Source of the DNA: Alphaproteobacteria bacterium
Lineage (GTDB): Bacteria; Pseudomonadota; Alphaproteobacteria; Paracaedibacterales; CAITNM01
NCBI GenBank assembly: GCA_037138055.1
Contig: JBAXJB010000003.1
Span: forward strand, 5,755 to 69,754
Reading direction: 5' to 3'
Length of the DNA stretch: 64,000 nt
Of this stretch, positions 1 through 8,577 are shown piece after piece. How positions within the stretch are numbered: position 1 is the first letter of the stretch; each line of letters starts with the position of its first letter. Both the position numbers and the translations under genes were made by a program. Under the pieces are notes generated by a model. It did not search any database. It was not told where the DNA came from and saw only the letters and a program-made list of their open reading frames with translations.

Positions 1-451
1 CAGCCTGAATAAATTGTACTTGCTTCGCACTCTCACTGCTCAATTTATTCTCATTAATCATCTCAGCTAATCTTTTGGCAGCAATAAACAAGTGCCGCCC
101 TTCTAAATCACTAAGGGTATATTTTGTGTTTTTGCTCTGCTGCAAAGCAGCAAGCATTACACTACCGTATGTGCCACCAATTTCTAATACTGATTTTCCT
201 TTAGCAAATTTTAAAAATTCTATAGATGCATAATCAAATTTTGCTGTAGCTGCCCCTTTTTTGTTTAGGGTTTGAGTACGCCCATCTGCTTCCGGTGTTT
301 GAGGCTTCAAATTAAGTTCATCACACTTTGCTAATGCTAACTCATAGGTAAACACTCTATCATTAGCAGACTCTGCACAAACGTGTAACGAACACATAGC
401 GATAACAAATAGCGCTCTGATTTTTGCAAAATTATTCAACATAATCTTCAT
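1..451 (-). CDS. Class I SAM-dependent methyltransferase with a predicted signal peptide. Only the N-terminal part is in the window; the ORF continues past position 1.
   Basis: Absent from the ORF track because no stop lies inside the window. My minus-strand translation from the ATG (complement of 449-451) reads MKIMLNNFAKIRALFVIAMCSLHVCAESANDR...KGKSVLEIGGTYGSVMLAAL...KYTLSDLEGRH. VLEIGGTYG fits Rossmann motif I and the acidic end YTLSDLE fits beta-2. The N-terminus is hydrophobic with a VCA/ES-like cleavage site. Confidence 0.5.
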   Translation of the reverse strand, partial: MKIMLNNFAKIRALFVIAMCSLHVCAESANDRVFTYELALAKCDELNLKPQTPEADGRTQTLNKKGAATAKFDYASIEFLKFAKGKSVLEIGGTYGSVMLAALQQSKNTKYTLSDLEGRHLFIAAKRLAEMINENKLSSESAKQVQFIQA

Positions 452-640
452 GATAACTACCTTATTCATGAAACAACTGAAGTTACACTAGTCCTTTTTA
501 AAAAACCACTCCATTGTTTTTTTTATGTGGAAGTAGCAAACCGCAAAAGGTTGCGCTTGAGCGCTTTAACTAATACATCTATCACACAGCAATATACAGT
601 TTTTAAAAATTTCAACTTCAAACTAATTTTTTTCTTTTTT

Positions 641-1267
641 ATGGCCAGTCAGCTTCAAAGTTCAAACGATTTTGACCTTATCAATTATGCAAGGTCATTT
701 GCTGCAACTCAAGAAAAACCATTTTCTTGTTTTCAATTTGTGACCCATGTTCTTGCACAAAGCGCCCCTCTTGCACACCAGGAGTTAATGAAAAATCATA
801 AAATTATTTTGCAAAAATTACCTGCGGAACACTGCACTCAAGATTTTATCCCTTATTATTATTCTTTATTACCATTCCCAACTTTAAAATATTGGAAAAA
901 AATTGAAATCACAGATGTGCTATCGGGTGATGTTTTAATCTACATTGATAATGCTTACAATCCTGATCCTTTATCCAGAGGAGATAACATTCCCTCAGGA
1001 ACACATGTTGCTTTTGTAGACACTGTATTAAGCAATGATGGGACAGACTGTCTAAAATTAAAATTGCTTGATAGCTCAAACCGCGTACGAGGACGTCTTC
1101 TTTGTCATGCAGAGAAAGAACCTCCTGGTACTGGTTATGTTGCTTATAGTTTTGCAAAATTACTTTTTAAAAATTCAACTAATTCATGGGATATTAAATT
1201 TGATTATCAAAAACTTTTAACAAAAAAATACACCTATGCTTTTAGGATTTTTAAAAAAGTAAAATAA
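641..1267 (+). CDS. Hypothetical papain-fold (NlpC/P60- or CHAP-like) cysteine peptidase/amidase candidate with no signal peptide
   Basis: The track ORF is 527-1267. The first ATG is at 641 (MASQLQSS...), and the upstream part is a poly-T/low-complexity read-through. Candidate nucleophile is in PFSCFQFVTHVL. A GDVLIY strand is followed by SGTHVAFVD (candidate His) and LLDSS (candidate third polar residue). This C...GD(V/L)hhh...H(V/I)hh order is typical of NlpC/P60. Confidence 0.4.
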   Translation: MASQLQSSNDFDLINYARSFAATQEKPFSCFQFVTHVLAQSAPLAHQELMKNHKIILQKLPAEHCTQDFIPYYYSLLPFPTLKYWKKIEITDVLSGDVLIYIDNAYNPDPLSRGDNIPSGTHVAFVDTVLSNDGTDCLKLKLLDSSNRVRGRLLCHAEKEPPGTGYVAYSFAKLLFKNSTNSWDIKFDYQKLLTKKYTYAFRIFKKVK

Positions 1268-1322
1268 AGCTCCATAGAGCTTCATAATAGGTAAATATAA
1301 CGCATCCTGTGATAATCTGTTG

Positions 1323-2441
1323 CTACAACGCAGTGCCAACAACTATATCACGTGCCCAAGATGATCCTGCACCTAGCTTTAATACCGAACCACTATCAAA
1401 TAGTAAACCACCAGTAAATACATCTCCGGCAGTATGAGCTGCTGGAACTGAAATATTGTCATCTACTGAAAGCACTCCGTATTGCTGCACTTCCATTAGT
1501 CCTGGAACAGCTCCGGCAACAGTATTTGAACATAGTTCAAAAATTGCCCCAACACTTCCTGTAGCACCAATTGTCATAGCTGCAGTTGGTAATTTTCCAA
1601 CACCACTAACGCGCATAGTTCCTTCCACCACATCAATCGGTAACGATGCACTATGCAGATCTACAACAACTAGTATGTATCCAGATCCAGATTTTATTAA
1701 TAAGTTACTTCCTGTCGCTCCGTTAAGCGTTAAGGTATCAGCGTTCGCAATTGTACCTCCAGAAGCACTTGTATCTAAATTGTTTACAATAGTATCTCCA
1801 ACAATATCTGTAGTCAAAACTTTGCCACCCAAAATTAAGGAATCCATAGTTACTGCCTTAGTACTATTAATTGCTCCATCGAACGATAGTGTAACTTCTG
1901 GAAGATTAATATCAGTTGTCGCTTCTAATATGCAATTTGCACCATCAAAGTATAATCCAATTGCTGGAATAATATCAGACGCATCAACAATAACTCGCCC
2001 TCCTTGTATCCTTAAATAATCGATTATGCTTCCTACGCAATCAAAATCAAGCGTTCCTCCACCTTTTTTAGTAACTTCTGCTGCGATAATCGGTGCTGTG
2101 ACTCTTGAGCTATCTCCGGTATCAACTTCAAGATTAATCTGCGTGTAGTGAGTTATATACCTACCAAGACCCAAAGTAACCGGTTGCCTTAAATAAAGAC
2201 CTGGCGCTCCATGCACATAAACATGTCCATCCTGTACAGTTATATAGTCAATATTATAATCAGGCCCAGTAAGATCAAGTAAACCACTACCTTTTTTAAA
2301 CAATGTTTCTGTAGTAATGCCGGCGGATATTGTTCCGGTGTCAGTTCCATCTACCTCTACATCTAAAGAAGTAGCGCTAAGTTGGCCAGCCATAACCATG
2401 GTGGTCAAAAAGGCTAATGTAAAATTTTGAAAAATAGTCAT
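1323..2441 (-). CDS. Secreted beta-helix protein with autotransporter-associated beta-strand (PATR-like) repeats and no translocator barrel
   Basis: Signal peptide MTIFQNFTLAFLTTMVMAGQLSA. Recurrent segments are LFKKGSGLLDLTGPDYNIDYITVQDGHVYV, VTKKGGGTLDFDCVGSIIDYLRIQGGRVIV and LLIKSGSGYILVVVDL...VVEGTMRV. The sequence is G/T/V/I-rich, at 372 aa is too short to include a beta-barrel, and ends ...RDIVVGTAL. Confidence 0.55.
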   Translation of the reverse strand: MTIFQNFTLAFLTTMVMAGQLSATSLDVEVDGTDTGTISAGITTETLFKKGSGLLDLTGPDYNIDYITVQDGHVYVHGAPGLYLRQPVTLGLGRYITHYTQINLEVDTGDSSRVTAPIIAAEVTKKGGGTLDFDCVGSIIDYLRIQGGRVIVDASDIIPAIGLYFDGANCILEATTDINLPEVTLSFDGAINSTKAVTMDSLILGGKVLTTDIVGDTIVNNLDTSASGGTIANADTLTLNGATGSNLLIKSGSGYILVVVDLHSASLPIDVVEGTMRVSGVGKLPTAAMTIGATGSVGAIFELCSNTVAGAVPGLMEVQQYGVLSVDDNISVPAAHTAGDVFTGGLLFDSGSVLKLGAGSSWARDIVVGTAL

Positions 2442-2639
2442 TTTTAAGCTCCTAAAATAAAAAAATCAATTGTGAACTTTTAGTATTTCAAAGAATCATT
2501 AAAAATTAATAAATAGTAACTAAAATTATAAGTAATTTTTATGTTTTTGATATGTATATATTAAATATTAAAGAAAACACAAAGTATATCTATAATATTA
2601 TTAATAATGAGATCTGAATATTTTAGGAAAAATATAAGA

Positions 2640-4175
2640 TTAATGAGAGACGAGCGTCTCTGTCGTAGCATTAGGCTTTGGCGCTAACCATATAGCCATT
2701 GCAGCAAATGCAAATGCATAAGACACTACCAAAAAGATATGATTTGTTGCTAACATCACTGCTTGAGATTGCAATAGCTGATCTAGTAAGGGCAAGGCTA
2801 ATGATTCATTCATGTCCCCGGCCATTGATGCAATTTGATCAGGTACTGCAATTTTATCAACCAAGTCATTTCGCAAAATGTTTGTTCTATCTTCCCATGC
2901 AGTTGTTACTATAGATACAGCTATCGCACCAGAGAGGGTTCTTAAGAAATTCATTAACCCTGCTGCAGAAGCTACTTCTTCTGAGTCAACGCTAGAAAGT
3001 GCCAATGCTGTTAAAGGCACAAAGAAAAAAGGCATCCCAATTCCCTGTACCAGCATTGGAATTGACACCTGAAAATGTGTCATATCAGTTGAGCCAAATG
3101 AACGGTAAAAAGTTACCAACCCAAGCCAACCTACTCCGCAAAACACTAACATTCGTTGATCATACTTTGTTGAGAATTTTGCTGCAAAAGGAGCTGCGCA
3201 AACAGCTAAAACTCCTAGTGCAGCCGTTGTAACCCCAGACCAAGCTGCGGTGTAACCCATATAGTTTTGCAACCATAGGGGAGTTAAGACAATAGAGCAG
3301 TTAAAAGCACCAAAAGCCAAACTGATAGTCAGCACACTTGCAGCAAAACCTCTGTGCCGAAATACGCGCAAATCAACAATTGGGTGATCATGAGTTAGCT
3401 CCCAAATCATAAAGCATGCAAATCCTATAACAGCTATAAATAAAAGTGCCCATATTTCACTTGATTCAAACCAGTCATAATTTTTGCCTTCATCTAACAT
3501 AATTTGTAAAGCAGAAACCCAAATTATTAGTAAGGCAAGCCCAATAAAATCAATCTTATTTTTGATGATAACTGATTCAAATCGACGCAAAAGCTTCAGC
3601 AAAACAGCGCCGCAAACCAAAGCTAAAGGAATATTAATGAAGAAAATGTATCCCCACCCCCAATTATCACAAATATAACCGCCAACTACAGGCCCCATTA
3701 CTGGTGCTACGAGAGTTGTCATTGCCCATAATCCCAAGGCTGTACTTCTTTTTTCTTTGGGAAAAATTTGCATAAGTAAAGTTTGGGAAAGGGGCATTAA
3801 TGGCCCTCCTGCCAAACCTTGAAATACTCGACCTGCAACAAGCATACCAAGACTATTGGCAAATCCACACATTGCTGAAAACGCCCCAAATAGCATCATG
3901 CAGGTTGTAAAAACTCGCAGTGTGCCAAAACGGCTAGCAAGCCATCCAGTTAAGGGCACACAGATAGCTTCAGCTACCGCGTAAGAAGTAATGACGTAAG
4001 TTCCTTCTGATAAGGAAACAGCAAGACCACCTGCTATACTTGAAACAGAAACATTGGCAATGGTCATATCAAGCACAACAACAAAGTTTGCAAGAGCTAA
4101 TAACATAGCAGCAACTATTAATTTACCGCCTGTTAAAGGCTGTATTACATCTAAAGCTGAAGAGTTACCCTTCAT
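2640..4175 (-). CDS. emrB: DHA2-family (EmrB/QacA, 14-TMS) MFS drug efflux permease
   Basis: N-terminus ...ALANFVVVLDMTIANVSVSSIAGGLAVSLSEGTYVITSYAVAEAICVPLTGWLASRFG is the canonical EmrB signature. It is 511 aa and polytopic, with a 4-nt overlap with the upstream HlyD-family gene. Confidence 0.85.
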   Translation of the reverse strand: MKGNSSALDVIQPLTGGKLIVAAMLLALANFVVVLDMTIANVSVSSIAGGLAVSLSEGTYVITSYAVAEAICVPLTGWLASRFGTLRVFTTCMMLFGAFSAMCGFANSLGMLVAGRVFQGLAGGPLMPLSQTLLMQIFPKEKRSTALGLWAMTTLVAPVMGPVVGGYICDNWGWGYIFFINIPLALVCGAVLLKLLRRFESVIIKNKIDFIGLALLIIWVSALQIMLDEGKNYDWFESSEIWALLFIAVIGFACFMIWELTHDHPIVDLRVFRHRGFAASVLTISLAFGAFNCSIVLTPLWLQNYMGYTAAWSGVTTAALGVLAVCAAPFAAKFSTKYDQRMLVFCGVGWLGLVTFYRSFGSTDMTHFQVSIPMLVQGIGMPFFFVPLTALALSSVDSEEVASAAGLMNFLRTLSGAIAVSIVTTAWEDRTNILRNDLVDKIAVPDQIASMAGDMNESLALPLLDQLLQSQAVMLATNHIFLVVSYAFAFAAMAIWLAPKPNATTETLVSH

Positions 4176-5083
4176 TTTTTATAATCAGAAACATCAATAT
4201 CAACCTGCATTGACAAGCCAACTTGCAAAGGATGAAGTTTTAATTCTTCTGGATCAAGCTCAATTCGAACAGGAAGCCGTTGAACAACTTTTATCCAATT
4301 ACCTGTTGCATTTTGCGCTGGAATAATAGCAAAAGCAGCCCCTGTACCACCTGCAATACCAACAACTCTTCCATGAAAAATCACCGAAGAACCGTAAAAA
4401 TCTGCCGTGAGTTTGGCTGTTTGCCCCGCTTGAACCTTTCGCAACTGAACTTCTTTAAAATTAGCATTCACATGCATATTTTGCATTGGCACCACTGACA
4501 TTAAAGCTGAACCTGGCTGCACTCGTTGCCCCAATTGCACCTGACGCTTTGCAATTACCCCATCGATGGGCGAATGAACAGTTGTACGATCAAAATCAAC
4601 TTGCGCTTGCTCAAGGGAAACTTGAGCAATATCAAATACAGCTTGCGCTGCCTTAAAAGCATTTTTAGCATTGCTTACTTCTTCTGCAGAAACAGAACCT
4701 GACTTAGTGAGCGCTTGTCTGCGATCTGAAATTAGTTTTGTACGGTCTAAGTCTGCTTGTGCTTTACTAAGGTCAGCTTTAGCACGCGCAAGCACAAGAC
4801 GTGCATCTGTATCATCAATATTAACTAATACATCACCTGCATTTACAACGCTGGTATCTTTATAATGAATTGCTTTCACAATGCCACCAACTAATGAAGT
4901 AACCTGAGCAATTTCTGCACCTACATAAGCATTGTCAGTAGTTACATGCTTTGAACTCACAAAAAAGTAATAAACAAAAAAAACAAGAGCCATTAAAAAA
5001 ACACATAACCCAAGCAATACAAATAAACTTTTTCGTTTGTTGTCTTTATCAATTTTTACGCAATTAAACAATTTATTTTTCAT
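4172..5083 (-). CDS. emrA: HlyD-family membrane fusion protein (EmrA-like)
   Basis: Single N-terminal TM segment. TTDNAYVGAEIAQVTSLVGGIVKAI...GDVLVNIDDTDARL is a lipoyl/barrel-sandwich motif, followed by a coiled coil (AKADLSKAQADLDR). It is translationally coupled to emrB. Confidence 0.85.
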   Translation of the reverse strand: MKNKLFNCVKIDKDNKRKSLFVLLGLCVFLMALVFFVYYFFVSSKHVTTDNAYVGAEIAQVTSLVGGIVKAIHYKDTSVVNAGDVLVNIDDTDARLVLARAKADLSKAQADLDRTKLISDRRQALTKSGSVSAEEVSNAKNAFKAAQAVFDIAQVSLEQAQVDFDRTTVHSPIDGVIAKRQVQLGQRVQPGSALMSVVPMQNMHVNANFKEVQLRKVQAGQTAKLTADFYGSSVIFHGRVVGIAGGTGAAFAIIPAQNATGNWIKVVQRLPVRIELDPEELKLHPLQVGLSMQVDIDVSDYKK

Positions 5084-5138
5084 TAGTTTTCCTTGATACT
5101 AACACTAGAATATCAATTGTCTTTATAGACTAATTGCT

Positions 5139-6140
5139 CTAATAACCAGCATGAGAATGAGAAACTGCATCACTTCCAGTTTCTGCTATTTCTGCCCCCG
5201 TTAAAGCATTCAGTAATTTTGAGGCATTGAGATACTGTAAATTCTCACTCAAATTTGGAGAACCGTTAACCATTGCAACAGGAACCTCTGAAGACCAAGC
5301 CAAGCGTATAGGCAAACTTAACGACCCAGCAATATCAAGCTTACTCAAAATAATATGTCGAACTCCAAATTTTTTAATAAAACTCACATAATCAGGAGAC
5401 AAACTTACACAACCATCACATGGCACAACAAGCACGGGATCAAAAACAAACTTTTGTGCAGAAAGTAACCAATTTAAATCGTCAGAATTTTTTAGATTAA
5501 CACCTTGGGTGTCAATTAATTTAATAACATCTGTTTGATTTTTAATATTTTCCTGTAAAGAAAGCCAACCTTCTTGGCCAAAGTAGTAAGGTACATCTAA
5601 TTTGTGAGCATACGCTTGCAATAGGCCTTGACCAGATGTTTTTATGGTATCGATATTATAAATTTCAACAGCGCGATCACTTGCTTTTAATAAAGCTGCA
5701 ACTTTAGCCAGAATTTGCGTTTTGCCCACACCAAAAGAGCCCAAAAACACAACGGGTTTTAGACCCAAGATTTTGCGTATCCATTGAGGTTCAAAATTTA
5801 GACACTCAGATAGAGATTCAGCAATATTAATTCCAGTCAGTGTTAAATAAGGAGACAAGCACTTTAGCCAGAAATCTTGAAAATCCTGTCCAAGGTAATG
5901 TGAACTGCAAATTTCTTCGACCATTCGAATAGCTGACAAAGGATTATCAATACGATTTTTCTCAGCCTTTCTAAGAGATGGCACCAGAATAGGCTCTTCC
6001 CCTTCAAAAAGAGCTACGGTAACACGAACTTGATTATTAATTTCTTCTGTTCGTTCTATTGCGACATCTTCACCGAAGCGTTTTTTGACTTCTTGAAGAG
6101 CCTCATTTAATGTAGGAGCCGTAATTGTAATTTTTTGCAT
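5139..6140 (-). CDS. flhF: FlhF-like SRP-family GTPase
   Basis: N-terminus MQKITITAPTLNEALQEVKKRFGEDVAIERTEE resembles the FlhF B-domain. Motifs are G1 FLGSFGVGKT, G3 DTQG and G4-like ILSKLD. It is 333 aa and lacks an Ffh M-domain or an FtsY acidic domain. Confidence 0.6.
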   Translation of the reverse strand: MQKITITAPTLNEALQEVKKRFGEDVAIERTEEINNQVRVTVALFEGEEPILVPSLRKAEKNRIDNPLSAIRMVEEICSSHYLGQDFQDFWLKCLSPYLTLTGINIAESLSECLNFEPQWIRKILGLKPVVFLGSFGVGKTQILAKVAALLKASDRAVEIYNIDTIKTSGQGLLQAYAHKLDVPYYFGQEGWLSLQENIKNQTDVIKLIDTQGVNLKNSDDLNWLLSAQKFVFDPVLVVPCDGCVSLSPDYVSFIKKFGVRHIILSKLDIAGSLSLPIRLAWSSEVPVAMVNGSPNLSENLQYLNASKLLNALTGAEIAETGSDAVSHSHAGY

Positions 6141-6205
6141 ACGTAAACCGAAATTTTACTGATTGTGAATTATCATGACATTAGATTAAGTGTAAGAGTT
6201 ATCGG

Positions 6206-6565
6206 ATGAGTTTTACAATACGTTTGCTAATTTGGTTTAAAAGTAATTTTGTAGGTAGTGATAGTTATGGTAATCGCTACTACGAAGAGAAACATAAAAA
6301 AACATCTGATGGAAGTAAACCTAGACGTTGGATTGTGTACAAAGGAAACAGTGAAGCAAGCAAAATCCCCCCTGAATGGCATGCTTGGCTACATTACCGA
6401 GCAGACCAACCATTGCAAGGTCAGATTTATGCATGGCAAAAACCACATTTGCCTAACCTTACAGGAACACCATATGCATATAATCCTGAAAACACTCACG
6501 GAAAAGTTATAGAATTAAAAACTAAAAAGAACCCAGTTTACGAACCTTGGAAACCTAATGAATGA
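6206..6565 (+). CDS. NADH:ubiquinone oxidoreductase subunit NDUFA12 (B17.2)-family protein
   Basis: GSDSYGNRYYEEK...RRWIVYKG..EASKIPPEWHAWLHYRAD matches the NDUFA12 family pattern common in alphaproteobacteria. Confidence 0.8.
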   Translation: MSFTIRLLIWFKSNFVGSDSYGNRYYEEKHKKTSDGSKPRRWIVYKGNSEASKIPPEWHAWLHYRADQPLQGQIYAWQKPHLPNLTGTPYAYNPENTHGKVIELKTKKNPVYEPWKPNE

Positions 6566-7526
6566 AAAATATTATGAAGTAGTGGTAGAAGAGCATCACC
6601 ACGACCTTCGCCTAGATAAGTTTCTAACGCTTACCACCCCATTTAGTCGGACACGCATTCAAGACTTATTAAAGTCTAATGCGATTAGAGTTGAGCCTTT
6701 AAAAATTTTCGACGCAAAAACCAAAGCAAAGACAGGCGAGCATTATTTTATTGTTGAACCAGCCGCAATTGAAGCTGACCCACAACCTCAAGACATTCCA
6801 TTGGATATTCTATTCGAAGACGAGCATCTCTTAGTATTGAATAAACCAGCAGATTTTGTGGTGCACCCGGCCCCTGGTCATTATGACGGAACTTTGGTCA
6901 ATGCATTGCTGCATCATTGTGGAGATAGTTTATCTGGTATTGGAGGCGTTAAACGCCCAGGTATTATCCATAGATTAGATAAAGACACCAGTGGGATTCT
7001 TGTTGTTGCTAAAACGGATGCAGCTCATCACGGGTTGTCACAACAATTTCATGACCGCGAAGAACAATTAACAAAAATATATTGGACTATCGTGTTGGGT
7101 CGCCCCTACCCTACTTCGGGGATGATTAATGCTCCAATTGGTCGACACCATAAAGATAGACAAAAAATGGCTGTAAATGCAAATGGTAAGACGGCTCAAA
7201 CTAGCTATAAAGTTTTGAAAGTCTTCACATCACAAAAAGATCCACAAAGTCAGATTAGCTTTGTAGAATGCCAGCTACACACAGGCAGAACACACCAAAT
7301 TCGAGTGCACTTACAACACCTTGGCGTACCTGTTATTGGCGATGAAGTATATGGTAAAAAGCCCAAAAAAGGCTTGTGGCCAGAGAGCGTGTATGCATTT
7401 CCAAGACAAGCTTTGCATGCTTATTCACTATCTTTTATGCACCCCATATTACAAGAACAACTGTCTTTTCAAGCACCCTTAGCCAGTGACATGGAAGAAT
7501 TATTAAAAAATTTGAGTAATGACTAA
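6558..7526 (+). CDS. rluD: RluD/RluA-family 23S rRNA pseudouridine synthase with an N-terminal S4 domain
   Basis: Motifs LRLDKFL (S4), LVLNKPADFVVHPA, IIHRLDKDTSGILVVAKT (catalytic Asp motif) and HTGRTHQIRVHL. It overlaps the upstream gene by 8 nt. Confidence 0.88.
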   Translation: MNEKYYEVVVEEHHHDLRLDKFLTLTTPFSRTRIQDLLKSNAIRVEPLKIFDAKTKAKTGEHYFIVEPAAIEADPQPQDIPLDILFEDEHLLVLNKPADFVVHPAPGHYDGTLVNALLHHCGDSLSGIGGVKRPGIIHRLDKDTSGILVVAKTDAAHHGLSQQFHDREEQLTKIYWTIVLGRPYPTSGMINAPIGRHHKDRQKMAVNANGKTAQTSYKVLKVFTSQKDPQSQISFVECQLHTGRTHQIRVHLQHLGVPVIGDEVYGKKPKKGLWPESVYAFPRQALHAYSLSFMHPILQEQLSFQAPLASDMEELLKNLSND

Positions 7527-7626
7527 TTATTTATATGTTGTTTGTATAAATTTTATGTAAATTAACTTTTTATTTATATTGTTGTATTAGCATTGAAGCT
7601 AGAGATAATATTACAAAAATTGTATC

Positions 7627-8520
7627 ATGAAAATATTAAGCATTATATTCCTAAGCATTTTTTGCATGAGTTCAGCTAGCGCTAGCTGGTTCGGAGGCGG
7701 AAGCTCCGCACAAACAAAAACTAAAAATACAAATAGTGGATCTAGCTGGCTAGCTAAAGCAAAAGCAGCAATGCCTGGAAGTAACGCTGCACTTGAGAAA
7801 AATTGCAAAGATCCAAAATTTAAAAAAGCTAATGCAAAGAAGTGTACAGATTTTGCAGCTGCACAAAAAAAGAAAAAAGCAGATGCCGCACTTAAAAAAC
7901 AGTGTAAAAATCCAAAATTTAAGAAAGCTAATGCGAAGAAGTGCCAACATGTAGGTGGCTTACTTGGAAGTATAGGAAATGCGGCATCAGGTGCAGTTAA
8001 AAATTTAAAGACAAAAGCTTCAGGTATGATGACAAAAAAGCCTGCATCATCAGCAAATGCTAAGACTCCACCTGCTAAAAAGAGTTCTATGTTTGGAAAT
8101 ATGAACCCTTTTGCAAAAAAGACCTCAGCTCCTGCTGCAAGCGCCAAGAAGCCTCCTGCTACAATGAGTTCTAGGTTAGCAAGCATGAATCCTTTTGCAA
8201 AAAAGACCCCAGCTCCTGCAACGGATGATGATAGTGCAAGTATAGCTGATGATGATGCAACTGTAGATGATGAAAACACTGCTCCAGAAGATGATGATGC
8301 TGACGCTGCTACAGAAGATGATGATGCTGATGCTGCTACAGAAGATGATGATGCTGACGCTGCTCCAGAAGATGATGATGCTGACGCTGCTACAGAAGAT
8401 GATGATGTTGACGCTGCTACAGAAGATGATGATGCTGACGCTGCTCCAGAAGATGATGATGCTGACGCTGCTACAGAAGATGATGATGCTGATACTGGTG
8501 AGCAAGACGATTCTCAATAG
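7627..8520 (+). CDS. Secreted repeat protein with a basic Lys/Ala-rich N-terminal half and an acidic nonapeptide-repeat C-terminus
   Basis: Signal peptide MKILSIIFLSIFCMSSASA. Duplicated CK(D/N)PKFKKANAKKC and MNPFAKKT(S/P)APA modules. The tail is EDDDADAA(T/P) in about 8 copies. Confidence 0.6.
   Translation: MKILSIIFLSIFCMSSASASWFGGGSSAQTKTKNTNSGSSWLAKAKAAMPGSNAALEKNCKDPKFKKANAKKCTDFAAAQKKKKADAALKKQCKNPKFKKANAKKCQHVGGLLGSIGNAASGAVKNLKTKASGMMTKKPASSANAKTPPAKKSSMFGNMNPFAKKTSAPAASAKKPPATMSSRLASMNPFAKKTPAPATDDDSASIADDDATVDDENTAPEDDDADAATEDDDADAATEDDDADAAPEDDDADAATEDDDVDAATEDDDADAAPEDDDADAATEDDDADTGEQDDSQ
8287..8502 (+). repeat. 27-bp in-frame tandem repeat, 7 full and 1 partial copies (GAAGATGATGATGCTGACGCTGCTACA)
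   Basis: Direct reading gives units starting at 8287, 8314, 8341, 8368, 8395, 8422, 8449 and 8476, with 0-3 substitutions each. They encode EDDDADAAT/P. Confidence 0.95.
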
Positions 8521-8577
8521 TAATTAACCTTTAGGTACTTGTTGTTAACCTAGCTTTGTCAAAAAAGAAAAAATATT

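Noticed and set aside
1456-2019. 187-aa plus-strand ORF
   Set aside because: It is antisense to the beta-helix gene (1323-2441). It has low-complexity T/S/P/A composition and no start context, and it is a typical shadow ORF of a repeat-rich gene.
5139-6140. Alternative call as FtsY or Ffh
   Set aside because: It is too short and lacks both the Ffh M-domain and the FtsY N-terminal acidic/N-domain signature (ALLEADV-type). Its N-terminus resembles the FlhF B-domain, so the FlhF-like call is retained at moderate confidence.
7611-8527. Three additional long ORFs (7611-8279 minus, 8176-8517 minus, 8267-8527 plus) over the repeat protein gene
   Set aside because: These are alternative or antisense frames of the 27-bp tandem repeat and A-rich sequence (products like MMMLTLLQK or IIIFCSSVS repeats). 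Only the 7627-8520 frame has a signal peptide and a coherent modular protein.
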